Assembly (NCBI GenBank): GCA_947175435.1
Contig: CAMWMS010000001.1
Coordinates: 2,851 to 66,850 of the forward strand
Reading direction: 5' to 3'
DNA length: 64,000 nucleotides
From: an uncultured Lachnospiraceae bacterium
GTDB lineage: Bacteria > Bacillota > Clostridia > Lachnospirales > Lachnospiraceae
Positions 51,635 through 60,491 of this stretch are shown here, one piece after another (the first letter of the stretch is position 1; each line of letters opens with the position of its first letter). The translations under genes and the position numbers were made by a program. The notes beneath the pieces were generated by a model. The model had not been told where the DNA came from. It was given only the letters and a program-made list of their open reading frames with translations, and searched no databases.

Positions 51635-51672
51635 AAAAATGGTACAACGCCCCTTCTCAAATATCAGATAAT
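51635..51672 (+). promoter_or_regulatory. Second copy of the element-specific promoter motif
   Basis: AAAAATGGTACAAC-N10-AAATATCAGATAAT. Confidence 0.7.
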
Positions 51673-51712
51673 AGAGATGAGGAAAGGAACAAAGGGATTG
51701 GAGGGATGGGGA

Positions 51713-52171
51713 ATGAATGAATTGTCAGCACAGGCGCAGGAGGCCAGACGGGATTACAAAAGACGGTATCGGATTAGAAACCGAGAGAAGATCAACTTAC
51801 AACAGAGAATGTGGAGAAAGAAGAATCCGGACAAGGTAAAGGAGTATCAGGCGCAGTATTGGGAACGTAAGGCGGGGAAAGCCGGTAACATCAGGGCGTC
51901 ATGGAAGGATTACGGTATCACGCAGGAAAGAGTAGATGAGTTGGTGGAAATTGTCAGATCAGGTGAGTATGACAATGTGGCGCTCTCTGCGGCTCATATG
52001 GCGGATGAAAAGGCAGCAGAGCATATTATCTTGTCTGTGAAGAAAAATCTTTCCTATGAGCGTCTGGAGTACCACGATAAGTTAGGTCGGTGTCCGCTGG
52101 GAAGGACAGATTTTTATGGTGCAAGGCGGTTGTTCTTCCACTATTTGGACTGTGCATTGAAAAACGATTAA
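51713..52171 (+). CDS. Putative RinA/ArpU-like late transcriptional activator
   Basis: Basic N-terminal helix; C-terminal LSYERL...LGRTDFYGARRLFF resembles a sigma4-like HTH. Confidence 0.45.
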   Translation: MNELSAQAQEARRDYKRRYRIRNREKINLQQRMWRKKNPDKVKEYQAQYWERKAGKAGNIRASWKDYGITQERVDELVEIVRSGEYDNVALSAAHMADEKAAEHIILSVKKNLSYERLEYHDKLGRCPLGRTDFYGARRLFFHYLDCALKND

Positions 52172-52196
52172 TTTGTATGATAATGGGAGGATGAAA

Positions 52197-52721
52197 ATGA
52201 ATAAAGAAAATAATGCAAAATTGTACAAGATTGAACTGAATGACATGGGTGACCATATTGACATATCGACAGGGGATACGGAACTTTTTGACAGGTTCCG
52301 GGAAACATATAAACAGATAGCAGATGCGGCTAAAGACCTTCCACGAAGGTGCGAGGAGATAGATAAAGTCCGCGCTATTCCTGGACATGAAAACAAAATA
52401 GTAGAAAAGATATGGATAAATGTGAGATTCTGTAAGGAATCAGCTGAAAAGATAGACGATATTTTCGGCCAAGGTACATTAAAAAAATATTTCCGCAGTC
52501 TCTATGAGAAAATTCCTGATTTCGTACCCGAAGCGAATTGTTTCATAGACTTTTATGATCAGATGATCCCGGTATTGGAAAAATTATTTGGGCGTAAAGT
52601 GGATGATAGCGAAAAGGAGCGCATTAGGTCCATGGGGAAATACGTCAATTTTTATGGACAGACTCCGGGTGGGGATAAGGTTGTGCCGAATCGGAGGAAG
52701 CGGTATGGAAAGAAACATTGA
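52197..52721 (+). CDS. Tail assembly chaperone-like protein
   Basis: Helical ~175-aa protein with IDDIFGQGT...F pattern reminiscent of siphophage chaperones; lies upstream of the tape measure gene. Confidence 0.5.
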   Translation: MNKENNAKLYKIELNDMGDHIDISTGDTELFDRFRETYKQIADAAKDLPRRCEEIDKVRAIPGHENKIVEKIWINVRFCKESAEKIDDIFGQGTLKKYFRSLYEKIPDFVPEANCFIDFYDQMIPVLEKLFGRKVDDSEKERIRSMGKYVNFYGQTPGGDKVVPNRRKRYGKKH

Positions 52722-52836
52722 TGTGGATCTGATACTGGATATCTTGTCACGCGATAACACCGTGGAGGTGAAGCGGAACAAAAGTGGCAAGATTATTATA
52801 TTAGAAGTGGAGAAGAAGATTAGAAAATCAAAATAA
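52705..52836 (+). CDS. 43-aa hypothetical phage protein
   Basis: GGAGG RBS; MERNIDVDLILDILSRDNTVEVKR... Confidence 0.55.
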   Translation: MERNIDVDLILDILSRDNTVEVKRNKSGKIIILEVEKKIRKSK

Positions 52837-52871
52837 TGGCTCATGTAAGAGGTCATGGGTAACGGCTAAGT

Positions 52872-52914
52872 GGTGCCAGCAGATGTGTAATGCGTGTCTG
52901 TTGGCACCTTTTTT
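52872..52914 (+). terminator. Strong hairpin and U-tract immediately upstream of the tape measure RBS
   Basis: GGTGCCAGCAGATGTG...TGCGTGTCTGTTGGCACCTTTTTT. Confidence 0.65.
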
Positions 52915-52928
52915 GTTTGAGGTGGATT

Positions 52929-55900
52929 ATGGCGCAGTATGACGGAAGTATACGCATAGGGACAGGAATAGATGATAAAGGATTTAAAGCGGGAAGTAAA
53001 GAGCTTGAGGCCGGTGCTCGCCGCTTGGCTAAATCTGTGTCTGATAGCCTTGGAGAGGGCGCAAAAATCGCGTTACAAAAACAGACAGACGCTTTTATTA
53101 AACTAAACCAGCAGTATGCAAATCAAGAGCAGAAAGTAATAAACCTTGCCAGCAAACTTCACGATTTACAAAGGCAAAAAGTTGAAACTGATGAATTCAA
53201 AGAACTATCAAAGGATTTGGACAAAGCAAAAGCCTCTCTTGACAGGCTGTATGAAAGACGTGATTCATATAAAGCATTAGGAAAAGAAACACCGCCCAAA
53301 CTCGATCTTGATATTTCGAATGCAGAAAGAAAAATAAGGATTCTTGAAGCAGATATAAAAGAGTTAATTACAACAGATAAAGCATATTTGCCCGTAGACA
53401 CAAGCAATGTAGAGCAGCAGATTGCCGAGGCGGAGCAGAAACAGATGCAGATGTATTCTGCGTTGCAGAATGCCGCAGATACTCTCGGATTAAAAATAAC
53501 CCAGAATGTAGAAAAAGAAGAAGCTAAAGCGAAAGCTATCCAAGAAGAAGCCGCGGAAGAAGAACGACTTGCGAAAATAAGGGAAAATGCCGTTGTCGGA
53601 AGTCAGCGGATTGTGAAGATTGCGGAGCGGAGAAAACAGCTTTTGCAAGAGAGTGCTGACATGGAGGCGGCCGGCATTGGTGCGGGTTATCAGCAATACG
53701 ATTCGGCAAAGCAGGAGATTGCCGAAATTGAGCAGAAAATCAGGGACTATAACAACGGCATTAAGGAAGCAAAAGAAAATTACAAAAAGCTTGGGGATGC
53801 CGTAAAGAAAGCCTTTACCGCTGTCGGCAATATGCTGAAAAGGGCAAATTCCCTCATCAACTCTTTTGGAAAGCGCATAAAAGAAGCGTTTTCAAAGTTT
53901 ACAAAATCTGCATCCGGCGCAACAAAAAGTGCAAACGGATTCACCCTCTCTTTGAAAAACATCTTAAAGTACGGATTCGGAATCCGAAGTCTTTATGTGC
54001 TTGTAAACAAACTGCGATCAGGAATAAAAGAGGGGTTTGCAAATTTACTTACTTCTAGTCATTTGTTGGAAAATTCCGTTAATGGAATAAAGGCAAGCGC
54101 ATTGACACTCAAAAACGCTTTTGCGGCGGCGTTTTCTCCGTTTGTTGAGATTGCATTGCCTTATGTCCAAAAACTTCTTGATTACATGATACATCTTGCA
54201 AATGTGGCAGGACAGTTTTTTGCTGCGATTACCGGCAGAAAAACATATATAAAGGCAATCAAACAGACTACAGAAGCGCTGAAAGAAGAAACAAAGGAAA
54301 TGAATAAACAGCTTAGTCCCCTGGACAAGCTGAACAATCTTTCCTCCCAGAAGGGCACAGGGGCGGATACTGGCGGTGCCGGCGCGATGTTCGAGGAAGT
54401 GCCAATCACAAGCAGTATTCTTGATATGGCTGAAAAGATAAAAGATGTTTTATCTAAGTTATTTGCGCCGTTGAAAGAAGCGTGGGAGCGTGAGGGTAAG
54501 TTTGTCATGGATTCATGGAAATACGCCCTCGATGAAGTATGGAAACTGATTAAGGACATCGGTAGAGATTTCCTTACAGTCTGGCAACAAGAAGGCACCA
54601 TTAAAATCTTTGAGGATTTACTACATATCATCGGGGATATCGGGATTGTAGTCGGACATCTGGCACGCAACTTCCGAGACGCTTGGAACGAGAGTCAGAC
54701 GGGATTGCGGATTCTCGAAAACATTCGGGATATCATCGGGGTTATTGTTCATAATATAAGGCTTGCCGCAGATCAAACGGTAGAGTGGGCTGACAAGCTG
54801 AATTTTAAACCACTTCTTGAAGCATTTGAGCGGTTTACGAAGTCTCTTATTCCTCTCGCAGACGCGTTGAGTGGTGTGTTAGCAGATTTTTATACGAAAG
54901 TTCTTTTACCGCTTGCAAAATGGACGGTAGAAAAAGGGCTTCCGGAACTGCTCGATGTATTTACGGCGTTCAATGAAAAAGTAGACTGGCAGGCATTAAG
55001 AGATAATCTTGCAGAGTTTTGGGAGCATTTAGAGCCGTTTGCAGAAACGATCGGTGAAGGATTGATTATATTTATTGAGCGAGTTTCTAACGCCCTTGCA
55101 GACTTTGTAAATAGTCAGGAGTTCAAAGATTTTCTTGTTACTTTAGAAAATTGGATGGACTCTGTAAGTCCAGAAGATGTTGCAGACGCTTTGGAAATGA
55201 TCGCAAAGGGGTTAATCGCTCTAAAACTTGCTTTGATTGGATTCTCCGGATTAAAAGGTGTTTCTGAAATATTTACTACAATTAAGAGTATATTACCGCT
55301 TTTATCAATTTTGGGTGGCGGTATAATGACAACTGTCAAGATATTAGGCATTGCATTAAGCGCAATTGTCGCAAAGCTAGCACCGATTGCGGTAGCAATT
55401 AAAACATTTATAGCGTCAACATTTTCGTTAGGTGCAGCTATTAGCGGACTGATAACAGCTTTCGCGGCTGTATCGGCGGCAGTTTTTGGGTGGAATGTCG
55501 GAAGTTTGATAGCAGAAAAACTTGACCTTGATCCAAAACCATTTAAAGAAACTATGTCGGAAATAAAAAGTTCATTTACAGACGGAAGCTGGAAAGAAGC
55601 GCTTAAACTGTGGGGCGAAGACATTAAGGCAGCATGGACTGAAATATGGGGATATGTAAAAGAGGACTTTGAAAATTCGATTCTCGGAGGGGTGCTTGTA
55701 TCATTTACAGACGGTACATGGAAAGAAGCAATGAGTTTGTGGGGAAATGATATTTATAGTGCATTTGTGACTTTAGGGCAAAGACAAGTAGAATGGCTAA
55801 ATTCTTTAAAAAATAAGTGGTTGCAAACTTGGAATAACATTAAAGCTGGGATTTCTGGTGTTATCGCTTCTATAAAATCCTCGGTGGGGTCTGCTTTAGA

Positions 55901-56363
55901 TTGGATTGGCAGCAAACTTAAATCTTTGCAAAGCGCGTTTAGTAGTATCGGGAGCGGATTTTCTGGCAGTGGCGGTTTATTTGGAAAATCCAGATCGTCA
56001 GCCACAACGTATTCCATGCAATCTCCATCACCCTACGCACTAAACCCAGCCTTTGCCGCATTACAGACCGCAGACTTTCCAGCTTACGCTACCGGGCAAG
56101 TAATACCTACAAGCATGAAACAGCACCTTGCTTGGCTTGGTGATAATAAGAGGGAAACAGAGGTTGTGTCTCCACTGTCCACTATTGAAGAAGCGGTTAT
56201 TAACGCTATGGCAAAGGTAAACGGCAACAATGGCAATAACGGCGGCAGTCAAGAAATCAATCTTAATCTTACAGTTGAATGCGAAGGATATAGATTGATA
56301 CAGCTTATGCAAAAGCTGAATGGTGAGTATTTTAAGCAAAATGGTAAATATGCATTTACATAG
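52929..56363 (+). CDS. Tail tape-measure-like protein (~1144 aa)
   Basis: MAQYDGSIRI N-terminus, long coiled coils, periodic W/F amphipathic repeats, hydrophobic central segments, C-terminal PAYATGQVIP...WLGDNKRETEVVSPL motif. Confidence 0.82.
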   Translation: MAQYDGSIRIGTGIDDKGFKAGSKELEAGARRLAKSVSDSLGEGAKIALQKQTDAFIKLNQQYANQEQKVINLASKLHDLQRQKVETDEFKELSKDLDKAKASLDRLYERRDSYKALGKETPPKLDLDISNAERKIRILEADIKELITTDKAYLPVDTSNVEQQIAEAEQKQMQMYSALQNAADTLGLKITQNVEKEEAKAKAIQEEAAEEERLAKIRENAVVGSQRIVKIAERRKQLLQESADMEAAGIGAGYQQYDSAKQEIAEIEQKIRDYNNGIKEAKENYKKLGDAVKKAFTAVGNMLKRANSLINSFGKRIKEAFSKFTKSASGATKSANGFTLSLKNILKYGFGIRSLYVLVNKLRSGIKEGFANLLTSSHLLENSVNGIKASALTLKNAFAAAFSPFVEIALPYVQKLLDYMIHLANVAGQFFAAITGRKTYIKAIKQTTEALKEETKEMNKQLSPLDKLNNLSSQKGTGADTGGAGAMFEEVPITSSILDMAEKIKDVLSKLFAPLKEAWEREGKFVMDSWKYALDEVWKLIKDIGRDFLTVWQQEGTIKIFEDLLHIIGDIGIVVGHLARNFRDAWNESQTGLRILENIRDIIGVIVHNIRLAADQTVEWADKLNFKPLLEAFERFTKSLIPLADALSGVLADFYTKVLLPLAKWTVEKGLPELLDVFTAFNEKVDWQALRDNLAEFWEHLEPFAETIGEGLIIFIERVSNALADFVNSQEFKDFLVTLENWMDSVSPEDVADALEMIAKGLIALKLALIGFSGLKGVSEIFTTIKSILPLLSILGGGIMTTVKILGIALSAIVAKLAPIAVAIKTFIASTFSLGAAISGLITAFAAVSAAVFGWNVGSLIAEKLDLDPKPFKETMSEIKSSFTDGSWKEALKLWGEDIKAAWTEIWGYVKEDFENSILGGVLVSFTDGTWKEAMSLWGNDIYSAFVTLGQRQVEWLNSLKNKWLQTWNNIKAGISGVIASIKSSVGSALDWIGSKLKSLQSAFSSIGSGFSGSGGLFGKSRSSATTYSMQSPSPYALNPAFAALQTADFPAYATGQVIPTSMKQHLAWLGDNKRETEVVSPLSTIEEAVINAMAKVNGNNGNNGGSQEINLNLTVECEGYRLIQLMQKLNGEYFKQNGKYAFT

Positions 56364-56409
56364 GAGTGGTTTGCTGTGAATATGTCTTATAATATAGAAG
56401 AACGTGTAC

Positions 56410-56434
56410 TCTACTAGTGACAAGCTAGTGACAA
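56410..56434 (+). repeat. Putative integrase arm-binding sites (right, tandem pair)
   Basis: TCTACTAGTGACAA followed by GCTAGTGACAA. Confidence 0.7.
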
Positions 56435-56481
56435 CCCATTGCCACAAACCCTGTAAAATGGTACTATTCTAACATAAGAAC

Positions 56482-56497
56482 TTTAAGATTACGTTAA
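56482..56497 (+). repeat. attR core
   Basis: TTTAAGATTACGTTAA, identical to 41008-41023. Confidence 0.9.
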
Positions 56498-56598
56498 GTT
56501 TTCTCCACTTTTCGTTTAAGAAATAGGTGTTATCATAGCCTTAACAACGAAACAGACAGGTGGTAAGAGACCTGATTGAGAGAAAAGGAGATATTCCT

Positions 56599-57495
56599 AT
56601 GTGGACGAGAAAAGAAATAAAGCAGAGGGCGAAGGAAGCCTTGAAAAGAAATTATTGGAAGATCGTGCTGGTGTCGCTCCTGACGATGGTTCTTGGAGGC
56701 GGGATCAGTTATTCTTCCGGAGCCTTCGGATCAAACGGAGTCAACAGTGTCGGGGTGGTTGATACACCGTCGGAAGATACATCGGATGGAGACGGGACCG
56801 AAGCAGCAGATGAATCGGCAACGGATGAATTTGATATACCGGATCAGGCAGAGATTTATCTTGACAATACGACGAATACGATTATTGAAGCCACTGAAGA
56901 CATGAATGAGACGGTGGCGGCGGTATATATTATTACAATCATGATTATTGTCTGCATTATTGTACTGATAGGCATGATTATTGCCGGTGCGGTTAGTGCA
57001 TTTTTGTATAACCCGTTCCGCGTAGGGGTAAACCGTTTCATGTTGAAGAGTGTGGATGACACAGGGGAGGTCAAAGAGATGGCCTATGCTTTTGACCATT
57101 CCTATATCAATGTGGTAAAGACGATGTTCCATGTGGATCTGCGGGTGTTCCTGTGGGCGCTTCTGTTTGTCATTCCGGGTATCTATAAGAAGTATCAGTA
57201 CCGCATGGTATCCTATATTCTGGCGGAACATCCGGAGCTGAATTATAAAGAGGTGCTGCAGATGAGCATCGACATGATGAACGGCGAGAAATGGCATGCT
57301 TTTGTGCTGGATCTTTCCTTTATCCTGTGGCATATGCTGGGAATGATAACATGTGGTATAGTAGAGATTTTCTACGTGAATCCTTATGTGGAACTGACGG
57401 ATGCAGCGTTGTACCGTAAATTATGCGAATTGCGTGACGGTACAGGACAGGTGGCTTTACCGGACAGTAATTACACGTATGGTCGTGAAGTGTAA
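56599..57495 (+). CDS. DUF975-family membrane protein
   Basis: MWTRKEIKQRAK...LLFVIPGIYKKYQYRMVSYILAE...FVLDLSF pattern. Confidence 0.85.
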   Translation: MWTRKEIKQRAKEALKRNYWKIVLVSLLTMVLGGGISYSSGAFGSNGVNSVGVVDTPSEDTSDGDGTEAADESATDEFDIPDQAEIYLDNTTNTIIEATEDMNETVAAVYIITIMIIVCIIVLIGMIIAGAVSAFLYNPFRVGVNRFMLKSVDDTGEVKEMAYAFDHSYINVVKTMFHVDLRVFLWALLFVIPGIYKKYQYRMVSYILAEHPELNYKEVLQMSIDMMNGEKWHAFVLDLSFILWHMLGMITCGIVEIFYVNPYVELTDAALYRKLCELRDGTGQVALPDSNYTYGREV

Positions 57496-57510
57496 GTAAC
57501 ATGCGTAGAA

Positions 57511-58218
57511 ATGGGGATGAACATGGGATACAAAATTATGATAGCGGACGATGAGGCGGAGATTCGTGATGTACTCCGTCTCTATCTTGAAAAAGACGGT
57601 TATGAGGTAGTGGAAGCGGCGGACGGCGTGGAGGCTATGGATAGAATACAGAAAGAGAAACCGGATCTGGTCATTCTCGATATTATGATGCCGGGACTGG
57701 ACGGATACCGGGTGTTGCGAAACATCAGGGAGGACAATAATATACCGGTTATTATGCTGTCGGCTAAGGATTCGGATGCAGATAAAATACTGGGACTCGA
57801 TCTGGGAGCGGATGATTATATCACGAAGCCCTTCGGCCCGCTGGAGGCGGTTGCCAGAGTCAATTCCAACATACGCAGATTCTACTCGCTGGGAGCAGGA
57901 GAAAATGCGCAGAAAGAGGTGAAGGAGTTGACGGTGCAGGATCTGCGGCTGGATCTGGAGGCGTGTCTATTGTATCGCGGCGAAGAGACGATCGAACTGA
58001 CTTCGGTGGAGTTTCGTATAATGAGGCTTTTTATGTAAGAACCGGGCAAAGTGTTTACGAAGCAGCAGATTTATGAAACGGGCTGGGACGATGAATATGT
58101 GGTGTCCGATAATAATATTATGGTGTGCATTTCCAAGCTGCGGGCCAAGCTGGATCATGACGGCAGGGAATACATCAAGACGGTCAGAGGGCTGGGATAC
58201 CGGCTGGAAAAGCGTTAA
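57511..58218 (+). pseudogene. OmpR-family response regulator interrupted by an in-frame TAA at 58036-58038
   Basis: Receiver domain intact; the same frame continues EPGKVFTKQQIYE...MVCISKLRAKL...IKTVRGLGYRLEKR to a stop at 58218. Confidence 0.88.
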
Positions 58219-59418
58219 ATGCCAGATGAAGGGAGCATAAGAACAGTGGAAAATGGAAACAGAGCAGAGGATAAAAAGTCCCTCAAATGGTTTCTGATCA
58301 AACGATTCCTTGTTGTTATGCTCTTTATTCTTGTCAGCGAGGAACTGATCGGTATACTCTATGATAATGTTGTCATCCCGTGGATGTTTCTCATATTGAA
58401 GAGCCGGCACATATCCATTACGTCGGGCGGGAGTCCGATTACTTGGATATTACAGATGTTATTATATATACTTGCGTCTTTTCTTCCGGACGGGATATCA
58501 GGTTATGTACAGCGTATGATCGGCAGTCATATGGATCATTCGCTGCAGATTGCCACGGACGTTGCGCCCTTTGACGGACGTATGGGAATCTTACTGCGAG
58601 TGGTAATCATCGTAGCGTTTCTGCTGTTGATCTTCGTGAGTTTACTGCCCTATCTGATCGGAGCATTTTACTACTACCGCGTAGTGACTAAGAAAGTCAA
58701 TGAACTGATAGAAGCGGAGAAGGAACAGCAGCTTGCCTATGACAGACAAAGGAATCTGCTTCTGTCGGATATAGCTCACGACATTAAGACACCGATTACA
58801 ACGCTGTGCAGTTACAGCAAGGCATTGTCGGACGATATCGTGCAGGGAGAGAAACGGCAGGAATATCTGGAAGCCATATACAGCAAATCCATGCGGATGA
58901 GCGAACTGATTACCCTGCTCTTTGAATATGTGAAGATGGACAGCAGCGGATATGAATTGCATAAAGAAGATTGTGATCTGGGAGAAATACTACGGGAATC
59001 CGTGGCTATGCTGTATACGGATTTTGAAGAGCGGCGGATCACGCTTCAGGTGGAGATTCCGGAGCGTCAAGTTCCTTACAGGGCGGATAGGATACAGATG
59101 ACGAGGGCCATTACCAATCTCCTGACCAATGCGGTGCGGTACGGCAGAGACGGCGGCAGGACATTGGTGCGGCTGGAGGCGTATACGATTACGGTGGCGG
59201 ATGATGGTATAGAGATCGATCGGGAGTTTGCAGCGCATATCTTCGACCCTTTCTCCAGAGCGGATAAGGCGCGGAGCACGAAAGGCGGCAGCGGACTGGG
59301 ACTCAGTATCGCCTCTAAGATTGTGGAAATGCATGGAGGAAAGCTGAAACTGGACTGCGATTACGGGCATGGATATACGAAGGCATTCCAGATTATACTG
59401 AGAAATACCGCTAATTGA
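58219..59418 (+). CDS. Sensor histidine kinase
   Basis: AHDIKTP, NLLTNA, DDG, GSGLGL. Confidence 0.93.
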   Translation: MPDEGSIRTVENGNRAEDKKSLKWFLIKRFLVVMLFILVSEELIGILYDNVVIPWMFLILKSRHISITSGGSPITWILQMLLYILASFLPDGISGYVQRMIGSHMDHSLQIATDVAPFDGRMGILLRVVIIVAFLLLIFVSLLPYLIGAFYYYRVVTKKVNELIEAEKEQQLAYDRQRNLLLSDIAHDIKTPITTLCSYSKALSDDIVQGEKRQEYLEAIYSKSMRMSELITLLFEYVKMDSSGYELHKEDCDLGEILRESVAMLYTDFEERRITLQVEIPERQVPYRADRIQMTRAITNLLTNAVRYGRDGGRTLVRLEAYTITVADDGIEIDREFAAHIFDPFSRADKARSTKGGSGLGLSIASKIVEMHGGKLKLDCDYGHGYTKAFQIILRNTAN

Positions 59419-59456
59419 GCGGCTGTATGTCTTTATCCGGGAATAGAATCAAATTC

Positions 59457-59511
59457 GTAACTGTTCAGAAGGTGCTTCGTAACTGTGAAGAACAGGGTTC
59501 TGAACAGTTAC
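59457..59511. repeat. REP-like palindrome
   Basis: 14-bp inverted repeat GTAACTGTTCAGAA/TTCTGAACAGTTAC with an internal extra TTCGTAACTGT copy. Confidence 0.7.
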
Positions 59512-59634
59512 TCAAATTCTTACTTCTGAATGTACCGTTGCGTGCATATATAGTATAAATATCGGGTGTAATTGATCGAAAAATGTACATACATGACAGG
59601 AAGTTACATCCGGAAGAAACAGGATTGGTGCGTA

Positions 59635-60348
59635 ATGGGCAGAAAGGAACAGAGACGGGTACGGAAAAGTGTACGTGTCGGGAGAATCAGAATTGTGAAG
59701 GTGTTGATCCTCGCGGCCGCGGCGTTGATCCTCTATGTGCCGTTGTTTGCAGGCTATAAGGCCAGAGCGGCTGCGGCAAACGGCATGGTGGACAGTAAGA
59801 AGATCGCCATTACTTTTGATGACGGACCACACCCATATTACACAGAGCAGCTTCTGGACGGACTGAAAGAGCGGGAAGTGAAAGCAACTTTTTTCGTGAC
59901 GGGGAAGCATGTGGAGCAGTATCCGGAACTGATCGAGCGGATGTATGAGGAAGGGCATCTGATCGGAAATCACACTTATAGTCATCTCCAATTAAACCGG
60001 AACAACGGAGAGACTTTTAAAGAAGAACTGATTAAAACCAATGAGCTGATCGAGGAAGTGACAGGACAGGAGGTGCAGTATGTGCGACCTCCTTATGGTT
60101 CGTGGGATAAGAAGTTTGAGAAAGAGCTGAACATGTTTCCGGTCTTGTGGAATATCGATCCGCTTGACTGGTGCAGTGATAATGTAGCGTGTATCGTGCA
60201 GAAAGTTACCTCCAAGGCGAAAGAAAATTCCATTATCCTAATGCATGACGAATACAAGAGCACGGTGACGGCGGCATTGCAGATCATTGATGCGCTGCAG
60301 AAGGAGGGCTATGAATTCGTGACAGTAGATGAAATTCTTTTCGATTAA
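59635..60348 (+). CDS. Polysaccharide deacetylase (CE4/NodB)
   Basis: TFDDGP, GNHTYSH, RPPYG, DPLDW, ILMHD; N-terminal TM. Confidence 0.93.
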   Translation: MGRKEQRRVRKSVRVGRIRIVKVLILAAAALILYVPLFAGYKARAAAANGMVDSKKIAITFDDGPHPYYTEQLLDGLKEREVKATFFVTGKHVEQYPELIERMYEEGHLIGNHTYSHLQLNRNNGETFKEELIKTNELIEEVTGQEVQYVRPPYGSWDKKFEKELNMFPVLWNIDPLDWCSDNVACIVQKVTSKAKENSIILMHDEYKSTVTAALQIIDALQKEGYEFVTVDEILFD

Positions 60349-60491
60349 GCAGGCTGCTGACGCGTAGGATAAATTATCGACCGCGATAGCCGGCAATCGC
60401 GGTCGGTAACATCAATTATATTTGCGCTTACGGGCGCAAAATGTTAGAATATAAAAGATTGGTCTAATAAAACGAGTACAGAGGATGGAAA

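Larger units (their letters stand above)
41008..56497. mobile_element. ~15.5-kb integrated phage-related element (satellite-like or cryptic prophage)
   Basis: 16-bp direct repeat at both ends, integrase adjacent to attL, phage-type regulatory, replication and packaging genes inside, host genes outside. Confidence 0.92.

Noticed and set aside
52560-52836. Programmed G/GT frameshift in the tail-chaperone-like gene
   Set aside because: I found no convincing slippery heptamer near the end of the ORF, and the downstream small ORF has its own RBS.
41008-56497. Complete inducible prophage
   Set aside because: No recognisable portal, capsid, tail tube, baseplate or endolysin lies between the att sites.
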